Assembly (NCBI GenBank): GCA_002269645.1 | Contig: NIVC01004602.1 | Location: 1-40,834 of the forward strand | Length of the DNA stretch: 40,834 nt | Source: Macrostomum lignano | Taxonomy: Eukaryota | Direction of reading: 5' to 3' | Shown: piece after piece, positions 1 through 12,367 of the stretch | Numbering within the stretch: the first letter of the stretch is position 1 | How the letters are laid out: each line of letters starts with the position of its first letter | The notes under the pieces: model-generated | The model's input: only the letters and a program-made list of their open reading frames with translations | Database searches by the model: none | Told to the model about the DNA's origin: nothing | Position numbers and translations under genes: made by a program

Positions 1-625
1 GCAGTTTCATATTAATTTGTGTGAGCGCTTTTTAGATTTTCCGTTTTTGTGTTCCGTTGATTTTTTACTTATAGTTCACATTATTATTATTGTCTGACTC
101 ACAAGTTTTTATGTTTTAGTCCGAATTACACTACTTGTGTAAGTAGCAAAGCTGTAATGTGTGGCTTGTAAGTTTTTTTATTATATACAAGGTAACTATA
201 TCGGTTTGTAGTAGTTGCTGGATGTTTGCTCTGTGTGAGCTAATAAATAATAAACAATAAAATAATGCAGAGCTAGTAAAGTGAAGTTTTAATTTATTTG
301 TTCGTTTATTATTATTACTTTTTTAATATAGTGGGTTAGTTACGTATACATTGTATTGACTATTGATATAAATTGAAATATGAACTGTATACTTGATATC
401 AGCTAATGACAGTTTCATCATTGCAGGATAACAGACAGAGAAAAATAAATTTAGTTTGTTCAATTTTTAAAACAACTTCTACCAACAGCTGTGTTATAAT
501 AGGGACTAGACTAGAATAACACCGTGAGTTTATTTCTGATCAGTTCACCAGAACAATAAAAATGGCGTAGTTTTGTCTCATGAGACGGCTCACAAGTGCT
601 TGAAGATGCAGCAATTATTCATAAA

Positions 626-2310
626 TTATCTACGACTGAAAATCAGCCGATAATCTCCGGGCACTCGCAGTGATCCCATGTGTCCCCTGAGGATGTCGTC
701 CTTCTTTGCCGCACTCTCCGGCTCCGGCCGCACCCGGTACCGCTGCATGATGGCCGTGAAGAACAGGAAAATCTCCATTCGCGCCAGAGACTCGCCAACG
801 CAAGAGCGCCGACCAATCAGGAACGGGATGAGGTACGGACTGCTCCGGTAGCGACCTTTGTTGTCGAGAAAGTGCTCAGGGTAGAACTCGTTCGGTCTCT
901 CCCAGTACTCGGCTCGGTGGTGGACGCCGTAAACCAGTGGGATGATGATCGCATCGCTCGGGATTCGGTAGCCGTGGAAGGTTGCGTCTTCCACTGAGCG
1001 ATGGAAAACTCCGATGGCAGCCAGCGAGGCTTTTCTGTAGGTCTCGTCGATGACAGCGCTGGTGTAGTGCAGTTCTGTCCTGTCCTGCATCCGTGGACGC
1101 CTCGATTGACCGACGACGGAGTCGAGCTCGTTCTGGACTCGGTCCTGCACCTCCGGATAGAAGGCCATGTAGAGCAGCAGCCACTCCATCGATCGGGCGG
1201 TCGTGTCAGTGCCGGCCAGGTAGAACTCGAAGCACACTCGGATGAGCTGGAACTCCTTGAACGTCTCAAAGTCGCCAGCCTTCTCAGCCTTGCGCTTCTC
1301 CTGTTGTAAAATTTACGAAATGGTTTAGCACTAATTGGTTTACTTTTATACTAGTGCTGGTCTTCGGACCAAATTCTAAATTCTTCCAGCGGTCTCACCT
1401 GGATGTACGCATCGCACAGGCAGGTGGGCTGCACATCGGACCCAGCCGGCATCGCCGCCTCCCGCAGTCGGATCTGCTGGCGAAAGAACTCGTTCAGGTA
1501 TTCGACATCGCGAAACACCCGCGTAGACATCGGTATGATGTCCAGCAGCTTCTCGGCGGCCGGGAACAGAAAGCAGGCGGTCTCGGAGATGCCCGACTCC
1601 AGCGTGGCCGCGATCAGGCTGGTCACCTTCTTGAAGTCGGGATCGTCGCGGTGAAACCGCCTGCCAAGCGTCATCTCGGTGATGACGGAATTCACGGCCA
1701 GCAGAAATGTGTCCAGAGTTTTCACCGGCTGCGCAGCCTCCGCTGCCTCGTCCAGCTGCTGCAGCAGCGGCTCCAGCTGGTCCTCGATCATGCCAACCGC
1801 CTTGGAGCCGGAGAACCCGATCTCACGCAGGGTCCTCAAACTCAGTCGTCTCTGATGGCACCAGACTTTGCCTTCGACTAGAAATATGCCACAGTTCCTG
1901 GTCATCTTCTCAAACAGGCGCAGTCTTGGCCTGCCCGCAAACACCGGGTCGTCCAGCATCTCCTTCATCAGCGGATAGGAGTTCACTACCACAAACAGTC
2001 GGCCGCCCAGATAGAACGAGCACAAGTCGCCGTACTTCTGGCATTCCTTCTGCATCGTCAGGTGCAGGCACAGGGCGTCGGCCCAGGGCAGTCGCCCCAG
2101 CAGCGGCACCCCGACAGGCCCGGGCGGCAGGTCGCGAGCTCGCCTCCAGCTGCAGTAGGCTGCGTAGGCGGCGGCGGCGGCTGCCACGGCTACCATCGCC
2201 GTAGCTGCCGAGCACATTGTCGAACTGCTGGACGTCGAACTCGAAGCCAAGCCGGTGACCGCCAGCGTCCAGTGCAGCCAGTCGGTGAACAGTTGGCGAT
2301 GCGGTTGCAT
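626..2310 (-). CDS. Cytochrome P450, clan 2 (CYP2-like), copy 1; intact; exons 2310-1399 and 1300-626
   Basis: PPGP hinge (DLPPGPVGVPLLG), WxxxR (WCHQR), I-helix AGTDTT, ExxR (ETYR), PERF-like NEFYPEHF and heme motif FLIGRRSCVG. Phase-0 intron 1301-1398 (GTGAGA...ACAG). First in-frame ATG is 2310 (528 aa); alternative ATG at 2217 (497 aa). Confidence 0.95.
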
Positions 2311-2537
2311 TGCAGTTTGGCTTATGTAGGCTGTCTTATTAGATGGCGAACAGACGAAGGCGTAAAGGGAGCGGTTACTGTCTAGCGGAGCGGCGCTTGT
2401 CCTTCATTAGATAGTCCTCGGGTTAAGGGGGGGGGGGAGACTCCCAGCCAACCGGGTGTGTGTCTGCGGGTGGCCAGTTGTGCCTTAGCTTTTTAGCCAA
2501 TTGTGTTTGCCAAAGAAAGCTCTCGACAGGGTGCTAT

Positions 2538-2549
2538 TTTTATATCTGC
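2538..2549 (-). promoter_or_regulatory. TATA-like element GCAGATATAAAA upstream of CYP copy 1
   Basis: The same 12-mer lies on the sense strand upstream of copy 2 (12436-12447). Confidence 0.35.
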
Positions 2550-2881
2550 GTCTGTCTAACCGCGCTTACGCAGCGAGTATTTGCGCATTGCTGCTGCATG
2601 GGTTCGTCAAGTTTATTCACACAAGCTCAGGGCGCAAATACCGCAGACAAGAAATGGAAGAATCCATGCCGAAATTTAATTTGTTTCCCAAAACGATTCT
2701 GAATTAGACTAGACAATGTAACCTTGTAGAGTGCGACTGCAGCGGAGTATAGTGTAAAAAACAGTCAATATTTTTAATCGCGTGATCTTAGTTTCTTAAA
2801 TAATTTGTTTCCATTTAAATGAGACGGTACGGCAACTAGAGTTCAGTCTGGATCATTTTGCTAAAAACCGCTCATTGACCC

Positions 2882-3678
2882 CTAGAAAAGCCACTAAATG
2901 ACTACTAGAAAAGCCACTAAATGACTACTAAAAAAGCCACTGAATGACTACTAGAAAAGCCACTAATTGACTACTAGAAAAGCCACTAATTGACTACTAG
3001 AAAAGCCACTGAATGACTACTAGAAAAGCCACTAATTGACTACTAGAAAAGCCACTAATTGACTACTAGAAAAGCCACTAATTGACTACTAGAAAAGCCA
3101 CTAATTGACTACTAGAAAAGCCACTAATTGACTACTAGAAAAGCCACTAATTGACTACTAGAAAAGCCACTAAATGACTACTAGAAAAGCCACTGAATGA
3201 CTACTAGAAAAGCCACTAATTGACTACTAGAAAAGCCACTAAATGACTACTAGAAAAGCCACTGAATGACTACTAGAAAAGCCACTAATTGACTACTAGA
3301 AAAGCCACTAAATGACTACTAGAAAAGCCACTGAATGACTATTAGAAAAGCCACTAATTGACTACTAGAAAAGCCACTAATTGACTACTAGAAAAGCCAC
3401 TAATTGACTACTAGAAAAGCCACTAATTGACTACTAGAAAAGCCACTGAATGACTACTAGAAAAGCCACTAATTGACTACTAGAAAAGCCACTAAATGAC
3501 TACTAGAAAAGCCACTGAATGACTACTAGAAAAGCCACTAATTGACTACTAGAAAAGCCACTAATTGACTACTAGAAAAGCCACTAATTGACTACTAGAA
3601 AAGCCACTAATTGACTACTAGAAAAGCCACTAAATGACTACTAGAAAAGCCACTAATTGACTACTAGAATAGCCACTA
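2882..3678. repeat. Minisatellite, 23-bp unit CTAGAAAAGCCACTAATTGACTA, about 35 copies
   Basis: Head-to-tail units; variants AAT/ATT/GAA at one position. Confidence 0.97.
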
Positions 3679-4770
3679 CATGTAATTGACTAGGAGCTTG
3701 ACTTGGCTAAAAAGCCCTAGAAGCTTGTTATAAAAATCAATGAAAAATCGTCAGAAAGCACAACATTTCCAAACGAATACTAGCAATAACTTGCTGTCTG
3801 AGGCCAATACCGTCCTCTAGTACAGACAACAGAATTCTTGTGTCTCTAGACCCTGAATTCGTGGCTTTTTGACCTTATACCTATTTATCCCATTCAACAC
3901 CATCACCACTGAAAGCCAGTCCAGTAGGCTTACTAATTTAAGGTTTAAGGTCAGACGGCTTGACCCAAGGTACGAGCAATATCATATACGAAATCCGCTT
4001 TGCTGTACAAACGTACGGCACAGCCCGGAGCCTCGTTACTTCACTGTGAGCTTCACCCTGCCCTAACTCTTCCCCCTTAGTGGAAAGGAGGTTGTTCCCT
4101 CCTGAAAGAGGCCGCCTGCGAGTTCGCGCGCACTTTTTAATCATTTTTCATTTTCTGCTACAGGCATAGGCTTTCTTTTTCTAAAACCAGCTGTGTATAA
4201 CAAAATCTGCGCAATATTATTAATCCCTGCAGATTCAGTAGAAACTGAGATTTTTCACAGTTGTGAAATTTCATAACTCCAACAATTTACACTCGACATC
4301 ACAATTCCCAAGCTTCACAACTTCCATTTCTGATCTAAGTTGGTAACCCGTCTCAAAAGTAAAATGATCTTGAATTGAGCACTTGGAGGAAATTTGAGCA
4401 GTGCATAAGTTCGAGAGGCAAAAGGGCAACAGGTTCAGACGAGTCGCCTAAGTGCAAAAGGCTAAAAATGATATGCAAAGTGAACTTTTGGGGCAGTTGT
4501 CAGACACTTGAACTCGGCTCGCCCCTCCGCCAGTCGCGTCATGTCAATAACCATGGAACGAGAAGGATTCAGCTCTCCTCTTTCCTCTCCCTCTCTCTGT
4601 CTTTCTTTCTTACCCAGACTTCTCTATATACTCCTCAAGCGCATTTTAAATACTTCAGTATAATATTGTACGTACTCGAACTCTGAGTCATGGAGTACTA
4701 AAACATAGTCCATCTTGATTTATAGTAACTACTTGCAGAAACATTTTCCCAAGATCTATCTGCAACATAA

Positions 4771-4885
4771 GCAACAACAACCACAACAATAACAACTAAC
4801 AAAACAAAAACCAACAACGAATGTGCACCTATTTCCGCCCACCGGCTGCCTGCAGCGTCATCAGCAGCACCTCTTATACCTTGGG
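4771..4885 (-). mobile_element. Possible very degraded 3' fragment of the same RTE-type LINE family
   Basis: Minus strand GAGGTGCTGCTGATGACGCTGCAG (EVLLMTLQ) resembles the EVLL motif of the elements at 16.2 and 24.2 kb and is followed by a degenerate (TTG)n tail. Confidence 0.35.
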
Positions 4886-5199
4886 TTGCTGTATTGTTTA
4901 ATAGCTAAGCTAAATTCCATGCTAATAGAAATAGTTTTCGCATTCCATGGCTGTTTAGTTTGTCGAAGCGAGAGAGACAGGTAGAGAGAGACAGAGAGGC
5001 TTAGATGAGCTAGTTAGAAAGCACTTGCTTTTATTAAAGTACGCTTGGACTTATCCAGGGCTGTCTTTTTAACTGTCCCCGCCTTGCAGAGGTGTAGTGT
5101 GAGCTTGTGACATAGAAGAAGCAAGATAGAGTAGCTGGTATTCATATGAAATTACACAGAATGACATGCGAGTAGTTGTTATGAACGGCAGACACAAGA

Positions 5200-6127
5200 G
5201 GTCACAAGACCTAAAATACGAGTTCAGTGGTCCAGATGCCAGGTTACACTTGTCACTAAGCCTAAAATATGAGTTCAATTGTCCAGATGCCAAGTTACAC
5301 TGGTCACTAAGCCTAAAATATGAGTTCAGTGGTCCAGATGCCAGGTTACACTGGTCACTAAGCCTAAAATACGAGTTCAGTGGTCCAGATGCCAGGTTAC
5401 ACTTGTCACTAAGCCTAAATACGAGTTCAGTGGTCCAGATGCCAAGTTACACTGGTCACTAAGCCTAAAATACGAGTTCAGTGGACCAGATGCCAAGTTA
5501 CACTGGTCACTAAGCCCAAAATACGAGTTCAGTTGTCCAGATGTCAAGTTACACTTGTCACTAAGCCTAAAATATGAGTTCAATTGTCCAGATGCCAAGT
5601 TACACTGGTCACTAAGCCTAAAATATGAGTTCAGTGGTCCAGATGCCAGGTTTACACTGGTCACTAAGCCTAAAATACGAGTTCAGTGGTCCAGATGCCA
5701 AGTTACACTGGTCACTAAGCCTAAAATACGAGTTCAATTGTCCAGATGTCAAGTTACACTGGTCACTAAGGCTAAAATACGAGTTCAATTGTCCAGATGC
5801 TAAGTTACACTGGTCACTAAGCCTAAAATATGAGTTCAGTTGTCCAGATGCCAAGTTACACTGGTCACTAAGCCCAAAATACGAGTTCAGTTGTCCAGAT
5901 GTCAAGTTACACTGGTCACTAAGCCTAAAATATGAGTTCAGTGGTCCAGATGCCAGGTTTACACTGGTCACTAAGCCCAAAATACGAGTTCAGTTGTCCA
6001 GATGCCAAGTTACACTGGTCACTAAGCCTAAAATATGAGTTCAGTTGTCCAGATGCCAAGTTACACTGGTCACTAAGCCTAAAATATGAGTTTAGTGGTC
6101 CAGATGCCAGGTTACACTTGTCACTAA
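5200..6127. repeat. Minisatellite, 51-bp unit GTCACTAAGCCTAAAATACGAGTTCAGTGGTCCAGATGCCAAGTTACACTG, about 18 copies
   Basis: 51-bp period (e.g. 5252, 5303). The unit length is a multiple of 3, which creates spurious repetitive ORFs. Confidence 0.97.
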
Positions 6128-7130
6128 ATAAAATTACAAAGTGATAATTAGCAGGGTTTGTCTGCGTCTGTCGTAAGAGTATAGTTATAATCTGTGCTTA
6201 TTAGTACCAATAAAAAAATAATTAGCCATTTCATACCATATCACATGTTTTAGAGCTACAATTAGGAGCTTTCATGCCAGTATGAAGACTTTTCTAAGAA
6301 ATTATATGGGTGCAATTACAGGCTTTAAGTAAATAGCCATTGAAGAAGACCCGTGGATTCAGTTGCGCTGACCTTCCAGGGTCCACATGCGTTGAGTCAT
6401 TGAGTCTAGCTGTAGTTTTCTTGCAGAATTGCGAACCTGTCATTTAGGTATTTTTGAGAGTTGATAGTTTTGAGACCTGAATAATGCCCCACCCTTTAGT
6501 GCACTTAAGCCGCACTGCATTGTAAATTGAGAGGCGAGGGTGAAGGAGACGACCCAGGGTAAAACCCCTGTCACTAATTCTCTGCATAACACCTATTATA
6601 CTCTGCTGCCAAAGCATTCGTAGTATGCCCTGAATTCTCTCTCTCACGCGGCCCCGCAAGGCCAGTTCACTGCTCTCTGCATGCTAGAAAGCTAACTAAC
6701 TGCAAGCGGTGCAGGGTCACGCCCGATACAAATCCGGTACAGAATCAGTTTTTAGACCTCTGGGGTGGGGTGGGGGAGGGGCGGGTGCTACAGGTCGGGC
6801 CCTCAGTAAACAATGGTTGCAGTGTTTCTCACCTTTTGGGAAGCTGTTTACTGCGGTGAGAGAAACCAGCTGCGCCGGGCTTTTATGTGGTTTTTAGGGG
6901 CTTTTTTACGGCAGAGCTAGTCTACACTTTTCTGAACTCGGTGACCTCTGCATTTGGAGCTGTGGAGCCTGTGGCTATGAGGGGGAGATTATTTAGTGCA
7001 AATGGCACGGAATCAGAGCTTGCACTTTTGCATTTGCATTTGCACTTAAAATACGACACTTTCTTCTGGCATGAAATGAGAGCAAATTTATTCGCGATTC
7101 AAACAGAGTTTTCGCGATTGATTCAAATAA

Positions 7131-9038
7131 AGTCTGTATTTGAATCTATCGCTACAGTCTGTATTTGAATCGGTCTCTACCTGGTAAGTCTGTATTTGAA
7201 CCTATCGCTACAGTCTGTATTTGAATCGGTCTCTAAGTCTGTATTTGAATCTGTCTCTAAGTCTGTATTTGAATCTATCGCTACAGTCTTTATTTGAATC
7301 GGTCTCTAAGTCTGTATTTGAATCTGTCTGTAAGACTGTATTTGAATCTGTCTCTAAGTCTGTATTTGAATCTGTCTCTAAGTCTGTATTTGAATCTGTC
7401 TCTAAGTCTGTATTTGAATCTATCGCTACAGTCTGTATTTGAATCTGTCTCTAAGTCTGTATTTGAATCTATCGCTACAGTCTGTATTTGAATCGGTTTC
7501 TAAGTCTGTATTTGAATCGGTCTCTAAGTCTGTATTTGAATCTGTCTGTAAGACTGTATTTGAATCTGTCTCTAAGTCTGTATTTGAATCTGTCTCTAAG
7601 TCTGTATTTGAATCTGTCTCTAAGTCTGTATTTGAATCTATCGCTACAGTCTGTATTTGAATCGGTTTCTAAGTCTGTATTTGAATCTGTCTCTAAGTCT
7701 GTATTTGAATCTATCGCTACAGTTTGTATTTGAATCAGTATCTAAGTCTGTATTTGAATATATCGCTACAGTCTGTATTTGAATCAGTATCTAAGTCTGT
7801 ATTTGAATCTGTCTGTAAGTCTGTATTTGAATCTGTCTGTAAGTCTGTATTTGAATCTGTCTCTAAGTCTGTATTTGAATCTGTCTGTAAGTCTGTATTT
7901 GAATCTGTCTCTAAGTCTGTATTTGAATCTATCGCTACAGTTTGTATTTGAATCAGTATCTAAGTCTGTATTTGAATCTATCGCTACAGTCTGTATTTGA
8001 ATCAGTATCTAAGTCTGTATTTGAATCTATCGCTACAGTCTGTATTTGAATCTATCGCTACAGTCTGTATTTGAATCGGTCTCTAAGTCTGTATTTGAGT
8101 CTATCGCTACAGTCTGTATTTGAATCTGTCCTCTAAATCTGTATTTGAATCTGTCTCTAAGTCTGTATTTGAATCTATCGCTACAGTCTGTATTTGAATC
8201 TGTCTCTAAGTCTGTATTTGAATCTATCGCTACAGTCTGTATTTGAATCGGTATCTAAGTCTGTATTTGAGTCTATCGCTACAGTCTGTATTTGAATCTG
8301 TCCTCAAAATCTGTATTTGAATCTGTCTGTAAGTCTGTATTTGAATCGGTCTCTAAGTCTGTATTTGAATCGGTCTCTAAGTCTGTATTTGAATCGGTCT
8401 CTAAGTCTGTATTTGAATCTGTCTCTAAGTCTGTATTTGAATCGGTCTCTAAGTCTGTATTTGAATCTGTCGCTACAGTCTGTATTTGAATCTGTCGCTA
8501 CAGTCTGTATTTGAATCTGTCGCTACAGTCTGTATTTGAATCGGTCTCTAAGTCTGTATTTGAGTCTATCGCTACAGTCTGTATTTGAATCTGTCCTCTA
8601 AATCTGTATTTGAATCTGTCTGTAAGTCTGTATTTGAATCGGTCTCTCTAAGTCTGTATTTGAATCTGTCTCTAAGTCTGTATTTGAATCTATCGCTACA
8701 GTCTGTATTTGAATCTGTCTCTAAGTCTGTATTTGAATCTATCGCTACAGTCTGTATTTGAATCTATCGCTACAGTCTGTATTTGAATCGGTATCTAAGT
8801 CTGTATTTGAGTCTATCGCTACAGTCTGTATTTGAATCTGTCCTCAAAATCTGTATTTGAATCTGTCTGTAAGTCTGTATTTGAATCGGTCTCTAAGTCT
8901 GTATTTGAATCGGTCTCTAAGTCTGTATTTGAATCGGTCTCTAAGTCTGTATTTGAATCTGTCGCTACAGTCTGTATTTGAATCTGTCGCTACAGTCTGT
9001 ATTTGAATCTGTCGCTACAGTCTGTATTTGAATCGGTC
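7131..9038. repeat. Minisatellite of mixed 24-bp (GTCTGTATTTGAATCTGTCTCTAA) and 25-bp (GTCTGTATTTGAATCTATCGCTACA) units, about 1.9 kb
   Basis: Near-invariant core TCTGTATTTGAATC with two alternating tails; rare variants recur in blocks. Confidence 0.97.
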
Positions 9039-9436
9039 TAGAGACTTGGAGACTGATTAAAAAAGACTCTAAACTAGGAGGGCAAAATTATTTCGCTAAT
9101 TGGCTCTTCTGTGCACTAGAAGTTTTGAAGCGAAAATATTGCTACTACGATTGCAAGTTGTGCCTCAATTCTCTCCCGGGGGGATTTTCGGTTCTGCATT
9201 CTGTGCGACTTTTTGGACTGACGAACTGAAGCAAGTTGGGTCGGTTTAGGGGTGGGGGAGTTTGTGGGAGACAGAAAAACAAGGAAAGTTCTGAAGGGGC
9301 AGGACAAACAGAAAGAATCCGATTGAAAAGTAGTACGCAGTACTAGAAATTAGAATAGCGTTGTTTATAATGAACGTTTTTGAGCTGAAGGAATAAATAT
9401 GAGGGATAGAGAGAGTGGGGAGAGTGTTGAGAAAGA

Positions 9437-10018
9437 GGACAGCGGAGAGGAGGAGGAGACAGCGGATAGAGGAGGAGACAGCGGATAGAGGAGGAGACAG
9501 CGGATAGAGGAGGAGACAGCGGATAGAGGAGGAGACAGCGGATAGAGGAGGAGACAGCGGATAGAGGAGGAGACAGCGGATAGAGGAGGAGACAGCGGAT
9601 AGAGGAGGAGACAGCGGATAGAGGAGGAGACAGCGGATAGAGGAGGAGACAGCGGATAGAGGAGGAGACAGCGGATAGAGGAGGAGACAGCGGATAGAGG
9701 AGGAGACAGCGGATAGAGGAGGAGACAGCGGATAGAGGAGGAGACAGTGGAGAGGAGGAGAGAGCGAAGAAGAGGAGACAGCGGATAGAGAAGGAGACAG
9801 CGGATAGAGAAGGAGACAGCGGATAGAGGAGACAGCGGAGGAGGAGACAGCGGAGAAGAAGAGGGGACAGCGGATAGAGAAGGAGACAGCGGATAAAGGA
9901 GACAGCGAAGGAGGAGACAGCGGAGAAGAAGAGGGGACAGCGGATAGAGGAGGGAGAAGAAGAGGAGAAAGCGGAGAAGAAGAGGAGACAGCGGATAGAG
10001 GAGGAGACAGCGGATAAA
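9437..10018. repeat. Purine-rich minisatellite, 19-bp unit GGAGACAGCGGATAGAGGA
   Basis: Near-perfect copies 9460-9745, degenerating to the right. Confidence 0.95.
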
Positions 10019-10510
10019 GAGGGAGACTGTTGTGTAGATAATATTAATGCAATACTTGTGGTTATTAGAAATAGCTAACCCTTTTGCTTCGAAACGAAAG
10101 CGCACGCGATGCGCTACTAAGAGTAGGCTACTTACCATTTTTGAACCATATGATCATAGGCTGTAGTGTCAGTTTTCGACTGTAAAACGTCGATCTGAAT
10201 TTATTTTATGTCCATCTGTCAGGGAGTTAAAAGTTAAAGAACAAAAAAAGCATAAAAGATATCTCTATTTTGTCTGGGAGGACACGATTACACAAAAATA
10301 CACTAAATTACAATTATCAATTAACTCTTATAAATATCTCGTAAGCTCTAAAGTTACTCTTCAGATTTTTATACTTAGCCAGTTAAAACCATTGTATCGG
10401 TTACTCGGCTAATGTGCTTCCGTATAAAAAGATAGAATAAACTATAGCAGTTAGCTCTTTAGACAGACCGTGATAGTTTTCACTGTGGTCAAGCTCTGAT
10501 TCAGCTGGCA

Positions 10511-12367
10511 TCAGCGCCGGTCCATCGTGACTTGATAGTCGCCGGGAAATACGAAAGCCCCAATTGATCCAGCGAGGATCTCCTCTTTGCGGGCGGCGAA
10601 CTCCGGCTCTGGCCGCACCCGGTACCGCTGCATGATGGCCGTGAAGAACAGGAAAATCTCCATTCGCGCCAGAGACTCGCCAACGCAAGAACGCCGACCA
10701 ATCAGGAACGGGATGAGGTACGGACTGCTCCGGTAGCGACCTTCGTCGTCGAGAAAGTGCTCAGGGTAGAACTCGTTCGGTCTCTCCCAGTACTCGGCTC
10801 GGTGGTGGACGCCGTAAACCAGTGGGATGATGATCGCATCGCTCGGGATCCGGTAGCCGTGGAAGGTTGCGTCTTCCACTGAGCGATGGAAAACTCCAGT
10901 ACCGACCAGCGAGGCCTTTCTGTAGGTCTCGTCGATGACAGCGCTGGTGTAGTGCAGTTCTGTCCTGTCCTGCATGCGTGGACGCCTCGATTGACCGACG
11001 ACGGAGTCGAGCTCGTTCTGGACTCGGTCCTGCACCTCCGGATAGAAGGCCATGTAGAGCAGCAGCCACTCCATCGATCGGGCGGTCGTGTCAGTGCCGG
11101 CCAGGAAGAACTCCATGGTCACTCGGATGATTTGGTGCTCTTTGAACGTCTCAAAGTCGCCAGCCGTCTCAGCTTGGCGCTTCTCCTGAAATTAGTTGCA
11201 AAGCCGAGCAATATGGGGTGACATGATGACACGCGCTTGAGTAAACAACCGAATACCTGGCTGTTTTTTTGTCTTCTTCTTTACAAAATGACCACGAAAA
11301 CTTCTGTAGCAATCCAAAGTAACTGGTTAGGTCTCTCTATTGTGCTAAGTATTGTGAGAGGGCAAAACGTGTCATCAAAGTCTGTGTGTCTTTGAGAATT
11401 CCAAAAAAGCATTAGTAGTGATATATAAGCTCTGTTTCGGGAGAATCTCGCTGCAGGAAAACTTTATCGATTGATAGCGTTAGATCGAGATGTTATTAGC
11501 TCACCTTAATGTAGGCATCGCAGAGGCACTGCGGCTCAACGCTCTCATCTTTCATCACCGCTTCGCGTTTGCGAATCTGGCCCGAATCATGTCGTGCAGG
11601 CGCTCGGTGTCGCTAACAAGACTGCTCGAGGCCGGCACGAGGTCAGCCAGCCGTTCCATAGCTGGGAACAGGAACTCCACACCTTGAATGATGCCATCTT
11701 CTATCAGCTTCTTGACAATGGCGTTCACCAGCTTCATAGCTGGATCGTCGGCTTCGAACTTCTGTCCAAGCGTCATCTCCGCGACGATGGCGTTTGAAGC
11801 CAGTAGGAAGGTTTCTAGCAGCTGGACTGGCTCGTACAGAGCGGCGATCTCGTCAAAGCCGTTGAACATGCTATCGAGCTGTTCGTCTACCATCTCCACC
11901 GTCCGCTTTCTAGCGAAGCCGAAGTCGCGTAGAGTGCGCAGACTTAAGCGTCGCTGCTGATTCCAGACGTCGCCCTCCGTGAAGATGATGCCGCAGCCGC
12001 GGGTCAGCTTCTTGAATAGGCGGAGCTGCGGCCTGCCGGAGAACATCTGACTGTCCAGCATCTCCTTCATCAGCGGGTACGAGTTCACTACAATAACCAG
12101 TCGCGAGCCAAGGTAAAACGAACTGATGTCGCCGTACTGTTGACAGATCTTCATCATGCTTCGGTGCATCTGGTTGCGACTTATCCATGGCAACCGTCCT
12201 AGCACGGGCAGGCCTACGGGTCCGGGCGGCAGGTCGCGACCCTGTCGCCAAGAGTACAGCATGTACGCCGCGGCAAGTCCCGCGGCCGCTGGTGCAGCTA
12301 CCGTATAGAAATTATCCCCTAGGAGGCTGGCTAAGGATTTCGGTAGCATTTCTATGACTCCTTCCAT
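10511..12367 (-). CDS. Cytochrome P450, clan 2, copy 2; exons 12367-11505 and 11185-10511; one -1 frameshift at about 11580
   Basis: All P450 motifs present; intron 11186-11504 (GTGAGC...TTCAG). Exon 1 is 863 nt. Adding one base in ATTCGGGCCAGATT restores QIRKREAVMKDESVEPQCLCDAYIK, collinear with the paralogs (512 aa). Confidence 0.88.

Noticed and set aside
626-1237. Stand-alone ~200-aa CYP ORFs starting MCFEF or MTMEF
   Set aside because: These start at GTG codons inside exon 2; the real exon begins 63 nt upstream at a splice acceptor.
680-2385. Antisense and alternative-frame ORFs over the CYP exons (also at 10.4-12.3, 14.2-15.3 and 19.1-23.0 kb)
   Set aside because: Shadows of GC-rich coding sequence; they recur only because the CYPs are paralogous.
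5069-6144. Repetitive ORFs such as (WSLSLKYEFSGPDAKLH)n
   Set aside because: By-product of a 51-bp unit; frames break at 1-bp indels and there is no splice or domain support.
6200-6659. Coding-like minus-strand stretch (..LGRLLHPRLSIYNAVRLKCTKGWGII..)
   Set aside because: Faint resemblance to a CYP B-C region or a decayed TE gene, but it has stops and no diagnostic motif; a tBLASTx search is needed.
2882-9038. CRISPR-like appearance of the 23-51-bp direct repeats
   Set aside because: Units are contiguous with no unique spacers, there are no cas genes, and the context is eukaryotic.
7221-10138. ORFs (SVFESVSK)n, (SLYLNLSL)n and (RCLLLYPLSPPLSAVSSSI)n
   Set aside because: Translations of minisatellites.
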